Assembly (NCBI GenBank): GCA_034435355.1
Contig: DAOTXE010000054.1
Coordinates: 8,135 to 72,134, forward strand
Length of the DNA stretch: 64,000 nucleotides
Reading direction: 5' to 3'
Source: Chloroflexota bacterium
GTDB lineage: Bacteria; Chloroflexota; Limnocylindria; Limnocylindrales; CSP1-4
Shown here: positions 16,603 through 25,345 of the stretch, piece by piece
Layout of the letters: each line of letters begins with the position of its first letter
Numbering within the stretch: position 1 is the first letter of the stretch
Notes under the pieces: generated by a model
Database searches by the model: none
What the model saw: the letters and a program-made list of their open reading frames with translations, nothing else
Told to the model about the DNA's origin: nothing
Program-made: the position numbers and the translations under genes

Positions 16603-17892
16603 ATGGAGGCGCCGCCGCCGTTCGACCCGACCGTCCTCGCCCACCCGGACCCGGAGGCGATCCTGTCCGGGCCGCCCGCCCCATGGAGCGTGCTGCCTGC
16701 CCCCGCGCAGCGCGACGGGCCGCCCTGGTGGATGACCGAGATGATCGCGGCGGAACCCGCTCTCTCCGGCCGCGTCCTGCGCAGGATGGGCGTCGTGCGG
16801 CGCAGCTCCGGAGTGCCGGGGGTGCCGCCGAAGCTCGAGGCCCCGGGACGCGACTCGCCAGCGGGCCGCCTGGCGGCGATGATTCGCGCCGCGCTTGAGG
16901 CGGGCGAGCCGGTCGTGATCACCGGCTGCGGCACGAGTGAGCATGGGGCGCTGGCGTTCGCCGCCATCCTCTCCGACGCGATCGAGCGGGCCGGCATCCG
17001 CGGCTCCGGCCAGCCCGGTGCCGTCCTGGCCCGCCAGGCGCTCGAGGCGGCGCTCGCGCCCCAGCGCCGGGGCCTGATCATCGGGATCAGCCACGAGGGC
17101 GGCACGTCGGCAACCCTTGCGGCACTCGGCGCCGCCGCTGCCCGAGGCGCGAAGGTGGCGGCCGTGACCGTGAGCCGGACCGCACCGATCGGCGCGGCGG
17201 CCGCGCTCGTCCTCGAGACCGCCGAGATCGACCGGAGCTGGTGCCACACGATCGGCTATCTCTCGCCGATCCTGGCCGGCGTCGCGGTGGGGGCGGCACT
17301 CACGGGCCAGGGCAGCGACGCCGAACCGGGCGTGGTCCGCTCGCTCCTCGCCGGCGGCCTGGAGCAGGCGGGGCAGGCCGAGGTGATCGCCGCCGCGCTC
17401 GCCGGGTGCCGAGAGCTCATCGTGGCGGCCTCCGGCGCCGACCTGCCTGCCGGCCGCGAGCTGGCGCTCAAGGTCGAGGAGGCCGCCTGGCTCCCGGCCA
17501 CGCTCCGCGATACGGAGACGTTCCTGCACGGTCATCTGCCGGCGATGGACGCCTCGACCGGGCTCGTGCTCGTGCTCGCGGATCGCGCGGGACGCGAGGA
17601 GCGCTCGGCGCGGGCACAGCAGGCGCTCGCGGCGGCGGGCCGGGTCGGGATGCGGCCTGCGGCGATCCTCGCCGCAGGCCTCGACCGCGCCTGGCCGGCG
17701 TTCCTCGCCCCGGCGGGCCGGATCCTCGTGGCGGAGGCACCGACGCTGCCGGCTCCGGTTGCCGCGCTCGCCGGGACGGCCAGTCCGCTCCAGCTCCTCG
17801 CCGAGCGCATTGCGCGGGCGCGAGGGACGAACCCGGACCTGATCCGGCGCGACCAGCTCGCCTACCGGGAGGCGGCAGCGCTCGGTGCCTGA
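16603..17892 (+). CDS. Double-SIS-domain sugar-phosphate isomerase/aminotransferase-like protein
   Basis: VVITGCGTSEHGA and IGISHEGGTSAT motifs. Internal ATG of track ORF 15766..17892. Confidence 0.75.
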   Translation: MEAPPPFDPTVLAHPDPEAILSGPPAPWSVLPAPAQRDGPPWWMTEMIAAEPALSGRVLRRMGVVRRSSGVPGVPPKLEAPGRDSPAGRLAAMIRAALEAGEPVVITGCGTSEHGALAFAAILSDAIERAGIRGSGQPGAVLARQALEAALAPQRRGLIIGISHEGGTSATLAALGAAAARGAKVAAVTVSRTAPIGAAAALVLETAEIDRSWCHTIGYLSPILAGVAVGAALTGQGSDAEPGVVRSLLAGGLEQAGQAEVIAAALAGCRELIVAASGADLPAGRELALKVEEAAWLPATLRDTETFLHGHLPAMDASTGLVLVLADRAGREERSARAQQALAAAGRVGMRPAAILAAGLDRAWPAFLAPAGRILVAEAPTLPAPVAALAGTASPLQLLAERIARARGTNPDLIRRDQLAYREAAALGA

Positions 17893-17904
17893 CCCGCCGG
17901 CGTG

Positions 17905-18852
17905 CTAGCCCCGAACCAGCACCTCACCGAGCAGGTCCACGTGATCCAAGTCCCAGGGCAGGAAGTCCTGGAGGACGATCCGCTCGCAGCCGGCCGCCTC
18001 GAACCGTGCCGCCATGGCCCGGGCCTCGGCCGGGGTGCCGTAGATCCAGCGCGGCCGTCGCGCCTCGAACCAGGCCGTCCCTTCGTCCGGCATCCCGAAC
18101 GCGGCCAGGACCTCGCGGGCACGGTGCTCCACCTCTGCGGCATCGCGACCGACGAGAGCGCCCACCATCACCGAATGGCGGAGAGACGCTGGGTCGCGGC
18201 CGGCGTCGCGCGCGACCGCGTCGAGCCTGGCGAACCGTTCCGCAGCCTGCTCCGGTGAGGCGCTCGAGAGGTTCAACTCGTCGGCAAACCGGACCGCGAT
18301 GCGCATCGAGCGCGGGCTTCCCTCGCCGCCGACGATGATCGGGGGCGCGGGCTGCTGGACGGGTCGCGGACGGAACCGCCCGCCCGACACCTGGTAGTGG
18401 CGTCCGGCGAACGACCAGCCGTCCGGGCCCTGCCAGAGGCCGCGCAGGATCTCGAGCTGCTCCTCCAGCATCTCGGCCCGGACGCCGATCGCCGGGAACG
18501 GGAAGCCATGGTGGTCGTGCTCGCCCTGGTTCCAGCCCGCTCCCACCCCGACGTCGAGGCGGCCGCCCGACATCTCGTCGACCGTGACCGCCAGCTTGGC
18601 GAGATTCCCCGGGTGGCGGAACGTCACCGGAGAGACCAGGACGCCGAGCCGGATGCGGCTCGTCTCGCGGGCCAGGCCGGCCAGCACCGCCCAGGCGTCC
18701 GTCGTCGGGCGGCCGGTCTCGCCCGGGAAGCTGTCGTAGTGGTCGGAGCGCAGGAACGTCTCGAAGCCGGCCGCCTCGGCACGTCCCGCGAGCGCGAGCT
18801 GGTCGGCATAGGAGCACCCCTGCTGCGCCTCGATCATCAATGCATAGCGCAT
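17905..18852 (-). CDS. Luciferase-like monooxygenase (LLM) family oxidoreductase, possibly F420-dependent
   Basis: GFETFLRSDHY, GRLDVGVGAGW, PPIIVGGEG. GAGAGG lies 6 nt upstream of ATG 18852. Confidence 0.85.
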   Translation of the reverse strand: MRYALMIEAQQGCSYADQLALAGRAEAAGFETFLRSDHYDSFPGETGRPTTDAWAVLAGLARETSRIRLGVLVSPVTFRHPGNLAKLAVTVDEMSGGRLDVGVGAGWNQGEHDHHGFPFPAIGVRAEMLEEQLEILRGLWQGPDGWSFAGRHYQVSGGRFRPRPVQQPAPPIIVGGEGSPRSMRIAVRFADELNLSSASPEQAAERFARLDAVARDAGRDPASLRHSVMVGALVGRDAAEVEHRAREVLAAFGMPDEGTAWFEARRPRWIYGTPAEARAMAARFEAAGCERIVLQDFLPWDLDHVDLLGEVLVRG

Positions 18853-18901
18853 GGCTCGCCTCTCTGCGTCCAGTTGGTTCTCATCGTCTGAATGGTTGCC
18901 G

Positions 18902-18930
18902 TTGACGAATGTATTGCTATCCGCAATAAT
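18902..18930 (+). promoter_or_regulatory. Promoter (TTGACG, 17-nt spacer, AATAAT) overlapping a perfect inverted repeat TATTGC-N5-GCAATA (18912-18928); likely MarR operator
   Basis: This is the only AT-rich stretch in the region. The -10 ends 3 nt before ATG 18934 and 6 nt before the in-frame GTG 18937, which suggests a leaderless transcript. Confidence 0.5.
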
Positions 18931-18933
18931 ATT

Positions 18934-19506
18934 ATGGTGACAGTAAGTACAGCGCCGACCCAGACGACCATTCCGCCCCGTTCGGCCGAGCGCGATGCGC
19001 TCTTCGACAGGATCGTGACCGGAACGGCGGCCATCGCGGGCCACCAGCGCTGCGCCGCCGCGCGGCGGCTGCACCAGCAGGGAATCAGCATGGCGCATCT
19101 GCAGACGCTCTGGATCCTGCAGGACCACGGGCCGCAGCCGGTCACCCACCTCGCCGACCTGCTCGGCGTGGCCGTGCCGAACGCGACCGGGATCATCGAC
19201 CGGATGGAGCAGCGCGGGCTGGTCGAGCGCGTACGCGACGGCGCGGATCGTCGCGTCGTGATCGTGCGGCAGGCACCGGACGGCGTCCGGGCGGTCCAGG
19301 AGATGGACGGCTGGCGCAGCGAGATGCTCCAGGCGCTGCTCGTCCGGCTCGACACGGACCAGCTGGTCCGCCTCGTCGGCGGGATCGACGATCTGCGCGA
19401 AACGATCCGGACCGACGAGGGGCGCGAACCCCAACCGGCAGGGGCAGGAGCGTCGCCGCGCGGTGCGGAGAGCACGGACCCGACTGAGGAGACAGCACGA
19501 TCATGA
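18934..19506 (+). CDS. MarR-family transcriptional regulator
   Basis: MAHLQTLWILQDHGPQPVTHLADLLGVAVPNATGIIDRMEQRGLVERVRDGADRR. Codons between track start 18892 and 18934 have AT-rich third positions, so the later start is preferred. The stop overlaps the MFS start (ATGA). Confidence 0.85.
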   Translation: MVTVSTAPTQTTIPPRSAERDALFDRIVTGTAAIAGHQRCAAARRLHQQGISMAHLQTLWILQDHGPQPVTHLADLLGVAVPNATGIIDRMEQRGLVERVRDGADRRVVIVRQAPDGVRAVQEMDGWRSEMLQALLVRLDTDQLVRLVGGIDDLRETIRTDEGREPQPAGAGASPRGAESTDPTEETARS

Positions 19507-21227
19507 TGGAAGCAGCACCGCTCGTGGAGGGCCCGGGGGGCGTCCCAGCCGCGGCGGCCCGGCCGGCCGTCGAGATCTCGCCGCGAGCGCGGTTCCAGGT
19601 GCTCGGTGCGATCCTGCTCGCGCTCCTCCTCGGCGCGCTCGACCAGACGATCGTCGGCACTGCGCTGCCGCGCATCGTTACGGACCTGCAGGGCAACGAC
19701 CTCTACACGTGGGTCGTGGCGATCTACCTGCTCACGTCCACGATCAGCGTGCCGTTCTACGGCAAGCTCTCCGACTTCTACGGCCGGAAGCCGATGCTCA
19801 TCTTCGGCGTCGTGGTCTTCCTCGTGGGTTCGGCGCTGTCGGGCCTGAGCCAGACGATGTGGCAGCTGATCCTGTTCCGCGGCATCCAGGGCATCGGGGC
19901 GGGCTCGCTCTTCCCCATCTCGCTCGCCGTGATCGGCGACCTCTTCACGCCTGCCGAGCGGGGCAAGTACCAGGGCCTGTTCGGAGCCGTGTTCGGGCTC
20001 GCGGCGCTGGTGGGTCCGGCCCTGGGCGGGGTGATCACGGACACGATCGGGTGGCACTGGATCTTCTACATCAACCTGCCGATCGGGATCGTCTCGCTGA
20101 TCGTGGTCAGCCGTGTCCTGCCGAGCCTGAACCGTCCGAAGCACGCCCTCGACCTCGACTGGGTCGGCGCCCTGGTCTTCGTCGCCGCGATGATCCCGCT
20201 CCTGGTGGGCCTGACGAACAGCCAGAGCTCCGGCTGGACCAGCCCCGAGGTCGGCGGTCTCCTACTGCTCGCAGCGATCCTCATCCCCGCTTTCGTGTAC
20301 ATCGAGGCGCGGGTGAAGGAGCCCATCGTCCCGCTGAACCTGTTCCGCGATCGGACCTACGCGGGCTCGGTGCTGGCGACGTTCTTCGCGGCGTTCGGCT
20401 TCTTCTCCGCCACCATCTTCCTTCCCCGCTTCTACCAGGTCGTCAAGGGCGACAGTGCGACGGTCTCGGGATACGAGCTCTTCCCGCTCCTGCTCGGGGT
20501 GATCCTCGCGAGCGTCGTGAGCGGCCAGATCGTGGCGCGGACCGGGAAGTACAAGACCCTGCTCGTCGGATCGGCGGTGCTCATCGGCGTCGGGTCGCTT
20601 CTGTTCACCAACCTCACCGCCAACACCGGCCTGTGGGCCATCATCCTGTGGCAGTTCGTGCTCGGCGTGGGGATCGGGCCGACGCTGGCCGTCTTCACGA
20701 TCGTCGTCCAGAACGCCGTGCCCTTCAACAAGCTGGGCGTGGCGACGTCGAGCATCGCGTTCTTCCGGCAGATCGGGGGCACGGTGGGCCTGTCGATCGC
20801 CGGTTCGCTCTTCGGCACCCAGGTTGCCGCCGAGATCCCGACGCGCCTGCTTGCGAACGGCGTGCCGCAGCAGGTCGTGAACGGGTTCCAGGGCGCCGGC
20901 TTCGACCAGAACAGCCTGCTCGGGGTTGGATCGTCGCTCGGCACGCAGATCCTGGCCGGCCTCCCGGCCCAGGCGCAGCAAGCCGTCCAGCCGTATATCC
21001 CGAGGATCGTCACCTCGATCTACGAGGCGATCTCCGTGTCGATCGGGTCCATCTTCTGGCTCAGCCTGGGCGCGTCGGTCCTTGCCCTCGTGGCCGTGCT
21101 CGTGATCCGCGAGCTGCCCCTGCGATCATCTCTCGGGCCGGCGGTTGGCCAGGCCGAGGGCACCCGCGCCACGTCTCGCGCCGGATCGGAGACCCTGGCG
21201 CCCCAGCCCGTCCTCGCCGGGGACTAG
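19503..21227 (+). CDS. MFS transporter, DHA2 (EmrB/QacA-like, 14-TMS) family
   Basis: LDQTIVGTALPRI, GKLSDFYGRKPML, FRGIQGIGAG motifs and many TM segments. Confidence 0.9.
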   Translation: MMEAAPLVEGPGGVPAAAARPAVEISPRARFQVLGAILLALLLGALDQTIVGTALPRIVTDLQGNDLYTWVVAIYLLTSTISVPFYGKLSDFYGRKPMLIFGVVVFLVGSALSGLSQTMWQLILFRGIQGIGAGSLFPISLAVIGDLFTPAERGKYQGLFGAVFGLAALVGPALGGVITDTIGWHWIFYINLPIGIVSLIVVSRVLPSLNRPKHALDLDWVGALVFVAAMIPLLVGLTNSQSSGWTSPEVGGLLLLAAILIPAFVYIEARVKEPIVPLNLFRDRTYAGSVLATFFAAFGFFSATIFLPRFYQVVKGDSATVSGYELFPLLLGVILASVVSGQIVARTGKYKTLLVGSAVLIGVGSLLFTNLTANTGLWAIILWQFVLGVGIGPTLAVFTIVVQNAVPFNKLGVATSSIAFFRQIGGTVGLSIAGSLFGTQVAAEIPTRLLANGVPQQVVNGFQGAGFDQNSLLGVGSSLGTQILAGLPAQAQQAVQPYIPRIVTSIYEAISVSIGSIFWLSLGASVLALVAVLVIRELPLRSSLGPAVGQAEGTRATSRAGSETLAPQPVLAGD

Positions 21228-21767
21228 GTGTCCGGGGCGAACGTGCCAGAATCGTCGCCGCCGACGGCCGGACCCGCTTCCTCGACGGCGCCGCGAATTG
21301 CGGCGACACCCCCGGCGCTTGCCGCCCCCGGCACATCCGGTGCGACCTTCGTCGCGGTGCTTCCCGCCGCCGACCTGCCGGAGGGAACGGTCGTCCGCGT
21401 GACCATCGGCGAGCTGGACCTGCTGCTCGCGAACGTCCCGCTGGGCCTCCTCGCAACCGACGACCGCTGCCCCCACATGGCCGCGCCGCTCTCGATCGGT
21501 CGCCTGGACGGCTGCATCGTGGACTGCCCGCTGCATAACGGCCGCTTCGACCTGTGCCGCGGGGAGACGGTCCAGATGCCGACGACGGGCGGCCTCGACG
21601 CCGACGGAACGCCACATCTGCCGTGGTCGCCGCCCGGCACGGAGCCGAAGCCCGAGCCGCCCGGCAGGAAGGCCGAGGCGCGACGGCTCACCCGGGTTCG
21701 CCGCCTGCGCTACTACCCCGTCCGCGTGGTCGGCGGCACGATCGAGGTCGCGATCCCGGGCGTCTGA
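21228..21767 (+). CDS. Rieske [2Fe-2S] domain protein
   Basis: CPHMAAPL ... CPLHNGRF ligand boxes. GTG start immediately after the MFS stop. Confidence 0.8.
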   Translation: MSGANVPESSPPTAGPASSTAPRIAATPPALAAPGTSGATFVAVLPAADLPEGTVVRVTIGELDLLLANVPLGLLATDDRCPHMAAPLSIGRLDGCIVDCPLHNGRFDLCRGETVQMPTTGGLDADGTPHLPWSPPGTEPKPEPPGRKAEARRLTRVRRLRYYPVRVVGGTIEVAIPGV

Positions 21768-22054
21768 CAGCCTTGACGTCGCTGGACGCCCCGGCGGTGG
21801 CATGACGCAGCCGCACCCCGACGGCCGCCCGATGCAGCCGCGCGCTCGCCCGCGAATACGAGCCGGGAGGCACTCGCTTGCCTGATGCGAGTAGCGGGCA
21901 TATCGAACGGGAGGCGCTCCCATGCGTGATGCGTGTTGCGCGCATGGGGGACGCCCAGGGAATCGTCGAGCCGGAGACCGTGGACATGCCCGCAACGCGC
22001 ATACCGCGGGGCGACTCGCCCGCGCGGGTATTCACACTCGAACGGCGCCGTGCA

Positions 22055-22933
22055 TCAGGTGAGGGACGCCCCCCCGGACGGGCCGTCGGCGGCATGGGCC
22101 TGTTCATTCGCTTCCACGAACGTCCGCAGGCCGCGCACGACCTCGGCGAGGTCGTCGGTGACCGTGAAGAGCCGCAGGTCGTCGGCCGTGATCGTGCCGG
22201 CAGCCAGGAGTGTCGCGCGGAACCACGCGAGGAGGCCGGACCAGTAGGCGCTCCCCACGAGGAACACCGGGAAGTGCTCGATCTTGCCGGTCTGGATCAG
22301 GGTGAGCGACTCGAACAGCTCGTCGAGCGTCCCGAATCCGCCCGGGAAGATGACGAACCCCTCCGCGTACTTCACGAACATCGTCTTGCGCACGAAGAAG
22401 TAGCGGAACTCCACCCCCAGGTCCACCCAGGGGTTGACCGATTGCTCGTGCGGCAGCTCGATGTTGCAGCCGACCGAGAAGCCGCCGGCCTCGAAGCAGC
22501 CGCGGTTGGCTGCGGCCATCACGCCGGGCCCGCCGCCGGTGATCACCGTGAGGCCTGCCTCGGCCAGCAGACGGCCGAGCTCGCGAGCCTGCTCGTAGAC
22601 CGGGTCGCCCTCGGCCGCGCGCGCGGATCCGAACACGGTCACCGCGGGCCCGACGCCGGCCAGCGCGTCGAACCCTTCCACGAACTCGGCCTGGATCCGC
22701 AATGTGCGCCAGGGGTCCGAGTCGAGAAAGGCGGTCCGGCTGCGACGGAGGAGCCGCTCGTCGGCCGTCCCGGCCCGGGATGGCATCTGCCGGTCCACCG
22801 CCTCCCGCCGGACCACGAGCCGCCCGGCCCGGCGGAGCTTGTCGCGGCCGGTGGTCATCGGCTCGCCGTCCACCGCGCGGGTGTGGTCCGGCTCGTCGGA
22901 ACGGGACGGGAGCGGCGCCCTGCTGTCAGGCAT
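22055..22933 (-). CDS. LOG-family (TIGR00730) nucleotide 5'-monophosphate nucleosidase / phosphoribohydrolase
   Basis: VFGSARA, GGGPGVMAAANRG, PGGFGTLDELFE. Confidence 0.85.
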   Translation of the reverse strand: MPDSRAPLPSRSDEPDHTRAVDGEPMTTGRDKLRRAGRLVVRREAVDRQMPSRAGTADERLLRRSRTAFLDSDPWRTLRIQAEFVEGFDALAGVGPAVTVFGSARAAEGDPVYEQARELGRLLAEAGLTVITGGGPGVMAAANRGCFEAGGFSVGCNIELPHEQSVNPWVDLGVEFRYFFVRKTMFVKYAEGFVIFPGGFGTLDELFESLTLIQTGKIEHFPVFLVGSAYWSGLLAWFRATLLAAGTITADDLRLFTVTDDLAEVVRGLRTFVEANEQAHAADGPSGGASLT

Positions 22934-22975
22934 TGAGACCTCCGGTCAAGTGTGGCGGACGAGTTCGCGGCCGGG

Positions 22976-23350
22976 TCAGGCACCCGTGGCCGTGAACCAG
23001 GTCTTCCAGGTGGCGTCGGCCGGGCCGGCCGTCACGGCGTTGCCGTTGCGGACCAGCGGAAGCCGCAGCAGGCGCGTGTCCGCGAGCAGTCGCGCCGCCA
23101 GCTCGGCGTCGTCCATCGACAGGTAACCCAGGCCGGCATCCCGCCACGGTCTCGACGTCGTGTCGGCGAGGGTGGCCGCGCCCAACCTGGTCACGAACCG
23201 CTGCAGCTCGCCCGGCGAGATCGGCCTGCGCCGGAGGTCCACGAAGTGGACGCCGACCCGGCGCTCCTTGAAGAAGCGAAGAGCCGCGCGGGTCGCCTGG
23301 CTGTCCTCGCGGCCGAAGACCTGGACGCTCGGCGCCGGGGTGGCGGACAT
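22976..23350 (-). CDS. ArsC/Spx/YffB-family thioredoxin-fold protein lacking the N-terminal Cys motif
   Basis: VQVFGREDSQATRAALRFFKERRV aligns with the IYxxxxCxxCRKA region of the family, but has DSQAT in place of the Cys residues. The start is the internal ATG 23350. Confidence 0.65.
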   Translation of the reverse strand: MSATPAPSVQVFGREDSQATRAALRFFKERRVGVHFVDLRRRPISPGELQRFVTRLGAATLADTTSRPWRDAGLGYLSMDDAELAARLLADTRLLRLPLVRNGNAVTAGPADATWKTWFTATGA

Positions 23351-23469
23351 GTCGTGATCGTAGCGCCGTCCGGCCGACGCGTCGGCCGAGGGGCACAACC
23401 GGCGGAGCGTCGGCCCCTCGCAGCGTCCCGGGTGGCCCGGCGCTACCATCGCGGTGGAGGTGATCGAAG

Positions 23470-23748
23470 GTGTCCGTCTGGTTCACGGTCCGGCTCGACG
23501 ATGCCCCGGGCTCGCTCGCCCGCGCGGCCGCGGCGCTTGCCGAGCGCGGCGTCAACATCACGGGGATCGTCGGCGTCGCCGAGGACACGGATGGCGAGCT
23601 GATGCTCACCACGAGCGATCCGGCGGCAACCCGCGAGGCGCTCGCGCGCCTGGGCGTCCCGTTCGAGGAGCACGACCCCACCGACCCGCACGGACTCGCC
23701 GGCCCGGGCGCCCTCGCGGAGTTGGCCCGGGGCCTCGCGGACCGATGA
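23470..23748 (+). CDS. Stand-alone ACT-domain protein
   Basis: VWFTVRLDDAPGSLARAAAALAERGVNITGI is a classic ACT beta-alpha-beta opening. GTG start. Confidence 0.7.
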   Translation: MSVWFTVRLDDAPGSLARAAAALAERGVNITGIVGVAEDTDGELMLTTSDPAATREALARLGVPFEEHDPTDPHGLAGPGALAELARGLADR

Positions 23749-24437
23749 GCCCACGCCGGGCCGCGGCGCTCCCGCCGAGCCTCGCGATCCGCGTCGTCCA
23801 CGATGACAGGCCGGGCGCGCTCCCCGCGATCCTCGGCGCGCTTGCCGTGGTCGGCGCGACGGTCCGCACCATGAGCACCGTCCGGCACCTCGAGGACGAG
23901 GTGGCCGGGTCCGCCGTGGAGACCGAGATCGAGGTCGAGGGCATCGACGAGGCGACCCTCGACGCGGCCGTCTCCGCTGCGCCGGGAGTCCGGGAGCGAC
24001 GCCAGACTCGCACGATGGACCGGATCTTCGGCAAGCGGATCATCGTCGTGGGGGGCGGCGCCCAGGTCGCCCAGGTCGCGCTCGGCGCGGTCTCCGAGGC
24101 CGACCGTCACAACCTGCGCGGCGAGCGGATCTCGGTCGACACGATCGCCCTCGTGGGCGAGGCGAACATCGCCGGGGCCGTCCGCGCGGTCGCCGATCTG
24201 CCCCGTGCCCGGTGCCTGGTCCTCGCCGGCTCGATCATGGGCGGCGACATCAGCCGCGCCGCGGACGAGCTTCGCGCGGTGGGTATCCCCATCATCGCCC
24301 TCAACATGGTCGGCTCGATCACGGAGCACGTGGACCTCGTCGTCACGGACCCCGTCCAGGCCGGCACCATGGCGGTCATGGCGGTCGCGGACACGGCGAC
24401 CTTCGACCTCGCCCGGCAGCGCGGGCGGCGGTACTGA
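23745..24437 (+). CDS. ACT-domain protein with a C-terminal Rossmann-like domain of unknown function
   Basis: IRVVHDDRPGALPAILGALAVVGATV (ACT) followed by KRIIVVGGGAQVAQVALGA. ATG 23745 overlaps the upstream stop (ATGA). Confidence 0.65.
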   Translation: MSPRRAAALPPSLAIRVVHDDRPGALPAILGALAVVGATVRTMSTVRHLEDEVAGSAVETEIEVEGIDEATLDAAVSAAPGVRERRQTRTMDRIFGKRIIVVGGGAQVAQVALGAVSEADRHNLRGERISVDTIALVGEANIAGAVRAVADLPRARCLVLAGSIMGGDISRAADELRAVGIPIIALNMVGSITEHVDLVVTDPVQAGTMAVMAVADTATFDLARQRGRRY

Positions 24438-24440
24438 GCG

Positions 24441-25343
24441 ATGCGCATCGCGACCTGGAACGTCAACTCGCTCAAGGCGCGCCTGGAGAAGGTCAACTGG
24501 TGGCTCGAGCGCGCCGCGCCCGACGTCCTCCTGCTCCAGGAGACGAAGCTCGCGGACGACACCGCGCCCGTGCTCCCCTTCTCGATGGCGGGCTACGAGC
24601 TGCTCCACCACGGCGAGGGTCGCTGGAATGGCGTCGCGATCGCCAGCCGGGCCGGGCTGGCCGACGTGATCACGAACTTCGGAGACGGCCCGGTTCGCTC
24701 GGCGGCCGCCGGCCCATCGGTTGCGGGCGCTGAGGAGGACTTCGACCCGTTTGCCGAGGCCCGCATGGTGAGCGCCGTGTGCGGCGGGGTCCGGGTCGTC
24801 TCGATCTACGCGCCGAACGGGCGCGAGGTCGGATCCCCGTTCTACGCGGGCAAGCTGGCCTGGTTCGCGCGGCTGCGGCGCTGGCTCGACGAGACCCAGG
24901 ACCCCGCCGCTCCGCTCGTGATCGGCGGCGACTTCAACGTCGCGCCCGCCGACCGCGACGTGTGGGACCCGGAAGCGGCACACGGCGGGACGCACGTCTC
25001 CGAGCGGGAGCGGGCGGCGTTCCGGGCGCTCCTGGCATGGGGGCTGGAGGACACCTGGCGGACGCGGAACCCGACGCTCCACCGGTTTACCTGGTGGGAC
25101 TATCGCGCCGGCAACTTCCAGCGCGACGAGGGAATGCGGATCGACCACCTCCTGGCAACCGGTCCCGTCGCCGCGCGGGTCGTCGACGTGGAGGTGGACC
25201 GGGAGGCCCGCAAGGGCAAGCCCGTCCCGTCGGACCACGCGCCGCTCGTCCTGGACCTCGACGAGCCCGGCCGTCGCTTCGACCCGGGCTGGACCAACGC
25301 GGCTGCCCGGATCGCGGCCCGGCGGCCGAACGCCGCCGGCTGA
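24441..25343 (+). CDS. xthA: Exodeoxyribonuclease III
   Basis: MRIATWNVNSLKARL, LLLQETK, GDFNVAP, SDHAP. Confidence 0.9.
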   Translation: MRIATWNVNSLKARLEKVNWWLERAAPDVLLLQETKLADDTAPVLPFSMAGYELLHHGEGRWNGVAIASRAGLADVITNFGDGPVRSAAAGPSVAGAEEDFDPFAEARMVSAVCGGVRVVSIYAPNGREVGSPFYAGKLAWFARLRRWLDETQDPAAPLVIGGDFNVAPADRDVWDPEAAHGGTHVSERERAAFRALLAWGLEDTWRTRNPTLHRFTWWDYRAGNFQRDEGMRIDHLLATGPVAARVVDVEVDREARKGKPVPSDHAPLVLDLDEPGRRFDPGWTNAAARIAARRPNAAG

Positions 25344-25345
25344 CC

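Noticed and set aside
18853-18870. GCAGAGAGGCG upstream of the LLM gene start (18852), which resembles the PyrR-loop core GAGAGGC.
   Set aside because: There is no flanking stem and no pyr context, and the GAGAGG lies at SD distance (6 nt) from the ATG. It is simply a ribosome-binding site.
21860-21960. Resemblance of GCGAGTAGCGGGCA / ACGGGAGG to c-di-AMP (ydaO-type) riboswitch segments.
   Set aside because: Only a short GAGUAGCG string matches my memory of the consensus, and the pseudo-symmetric two-half architecture is not evident. There is also no downstream gene to regulate, because both flanking genes are convergent.
21878-22936. The 352-aa plus-strand ORF starting at TTG 21878, preceded by GGGAGG.
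   Set aside because: The first ~60 codons have only about 70% G/C third positions, against about 90% in real genes here. The remainder is antisense to the well-supported LOG gene.
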